Shown here piece after piece: positions 62,811 to 64,000 of a DNA stretch of 64,000 bases. Each line of letters begins with the position of its first letter. The first letter of the stretch is position 1. A model generated the notes under the pieces. That model saw only the letters and a list, made by a program, of their open reading frames with translations. It searched no databases and was not told where the DNA came from. A program made the translations under genes and the position numbers. The DNA lies in NCBI GenBank assembly GCA_965215335.1, contig CBDCDA010000001.1:992001-1056000 (forward strand). The letters are read 5' to 3'. This DNA comes from an uncultured Candidatus Entotheonella sp. (lineage in GTDB: Bacteria > Tectomicrobia > Entotheonellia > Entotheonellales > Entotheonellaceae).

Positions 62811-64000
62811 TTAACGTACCACGCCCGCTCGACCGTCGTCAAAACGGGGGGCAGTGCCTGGCGTGCGATTCGATGGGTCCAGGTGGGAAGCAAACCACTC
62901 CAGAATGATGCGAAATCGCTCCAGACGGTGGCGCGGCCTGCCGGCCCGCGACAGGTCGTGTCCCTCGTCCGGGAAGCACACGAAGCACACCTCTTTGCGC
63001 TGCTTCTTGAGGGCCACGAACAACTGCTCCGCCTGCTCGATGGGGCAGCGCAGGTCGTTCTCGGCGTGCAGGATGAGCAAGGGTGTCGTGATGTTGGCGG
63101 CATGCGTCAACGGCGAGCGTTGCAGGTACCAGTCCAGATTGTCCCATGGCAGGCAGCCGCTCTGCGCCTCGGCGAACGAGTGCCCGATGTCGCTGCTGCC
63201 GAACAGCGTGTGCACGTTGTTGACCGCCCGCTCCGAGCAAGCGGCCCTGAAGCGTCCGGTATGGCCGACAGCCCAGGTCGTCAGATAGCCCCCGTAGCTG
63301 CCCCCCATGACGCCGAGACGCTGCGGGTCGATAAAGTCGCACTGCTGCAGAGCCGCATCCAGAGCCGCGGTCACGTCGGCATAATCCACCCCGCCCCAGT
63401 CGCCGATCACCTCGCGGGTGAATGCCTCTCCGTACCCCTGGCTGCCGCGCGGGTTGGCGTACAGAACGGCGTACCCGGCGCCGCTGTAGACCTGAAATTC
63501 GTCGAAGAAGTCGTGCCCGTACATCATGTGCGGCCCGCCGTGGATGTTGAGCAGCAGCGGGTAGCGCTTGCCGGGCTCGAACCCGTACGGCTTCACGACC
63601 CAGGTGGCCAGGGCGCAGCCGTCACGCTCGCAGGCAATGCGCCGCGGGGCCGCCAGTGCGACCTCGGCCTTCCAATCGCTGTTCAGGTCGGTCAAGCGCC
63701 GCTCGGCGCTGCCGTCCGGTCGGCAGGTAAACACCTCGGCAGGATTCGTGGGGTCCATGGCGGCGAAGGCCAGCCGGCTGCCATCGGCCGCGGCTGACAC
63801 GTCGATAATTTGCCGAGAACCGTCCAACACGGCTTTGGGGGCCTGCCGGCCCTTGACGTCGAGTTGATAGACGTGCACGTCGCCCTGCGTCTGGACCCCG
63901 ACCATCAGCGTGTCGCCGTCCGCGGACCACAGCGGACCCCGGCTTCCCAGCGCGCGGCAATTACGATCCAGGCCATCGCTCAGGCAGGTCGGGGCGCCGC
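62811..64000 (-). CDS. S9-family (acylaminoacyl/prolyl oligo-) peptidase, 5' end outside window
   Basis: IHGGP, NPRGSQGYG, GGSYGG, HAEND.RC, EGH. Confidence 0.93.
   Translation of the reverse strand, partial: GAPTCLSDGLDRNCRALGSRGPLWSADGDTLMVGVQTQGDVHVYQLDVKGRQAPKAVLDGSRQIIDVSAAADGSRLAFAAMDPTNPAEVFTCRPDGSAERRLTDLNSDWKAEVALAAPRRIACERDGCALATWVVKPYGFEPGKRYPLLLNIHGGPHMMYGHDFFDEFQVYSGAGYAVLYANPRGSQGYGEAFTREVIGDWGGVDYADVTAALDAALQQCDFIDPQRLGVMGGSYGGYLTTWAVGHTGRFRAACSERAVNNVHTLFGSSDIGHSFAEAQSGCLPWDNLDWYLQRSPLTHAANITTPLLILHAENDLRCPIEQAEQLFVALKKQRKEVCFVCFPDEGHDLSRAGRPRHRLERFRIILEWFASHLDPSNRTPGTAPRFDDGRAGVVR

Overview
High-GC bacterial chromosomal window, densely coding: about 52 CDS or pseudogenes and one tRNA-Leu(CAA). 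The gene mix (MucR/Ros regulator, LLM oxidoreductase, NHL-repeat protein, cyclase, P450, Tat-exported enzymes) loosely suggests an environmental or host-associated lineage such as Ca. Tectomicrobia; this is inference only. Housekeeping and metabolic genes (dusA, ispH, fabH, metY, sirC, plsB-like, hppA, RND pump, acetoacetate-CoA ligase, malate synthase) are interspersed with accessory elements. (i) A lower-GC cassette of a Zn-ribbon amino-methyltransferase plus a PD-(D/E)XK nuclease (8.7-11.65 kb). (ii) Three overlapping genes, DprA-like + PRTase + secreted HNH/Excalibur nuclease, resembling ShosTA/DprA-PRTase anti-phage systems with an extra gene (23.2-25.6 kb). (iii) A sigma54-preceded nitrate operon, narK - nirB::nirD fusion - 4Fe-4S::DmsC-like membrane-anchor fusion - nasA, with no NADH diaphorase subunit, suggesting a quinol-linked cytoplasmic nitrate reductase (27.9-36.3 kb). 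(iv) A solo Cas4-like Fe-S nuclease and an orphan N6-methyltransferase with a degenerate NPPG motif (54.6-58.2 kb). Three internally deleted gene relics and several homopolymer indels point to gene erosion and/or assembly errors. No CRISPR array, rRNA, integrase or transposase was seen. All calls come from reading motifs by eye; no database searches were run.
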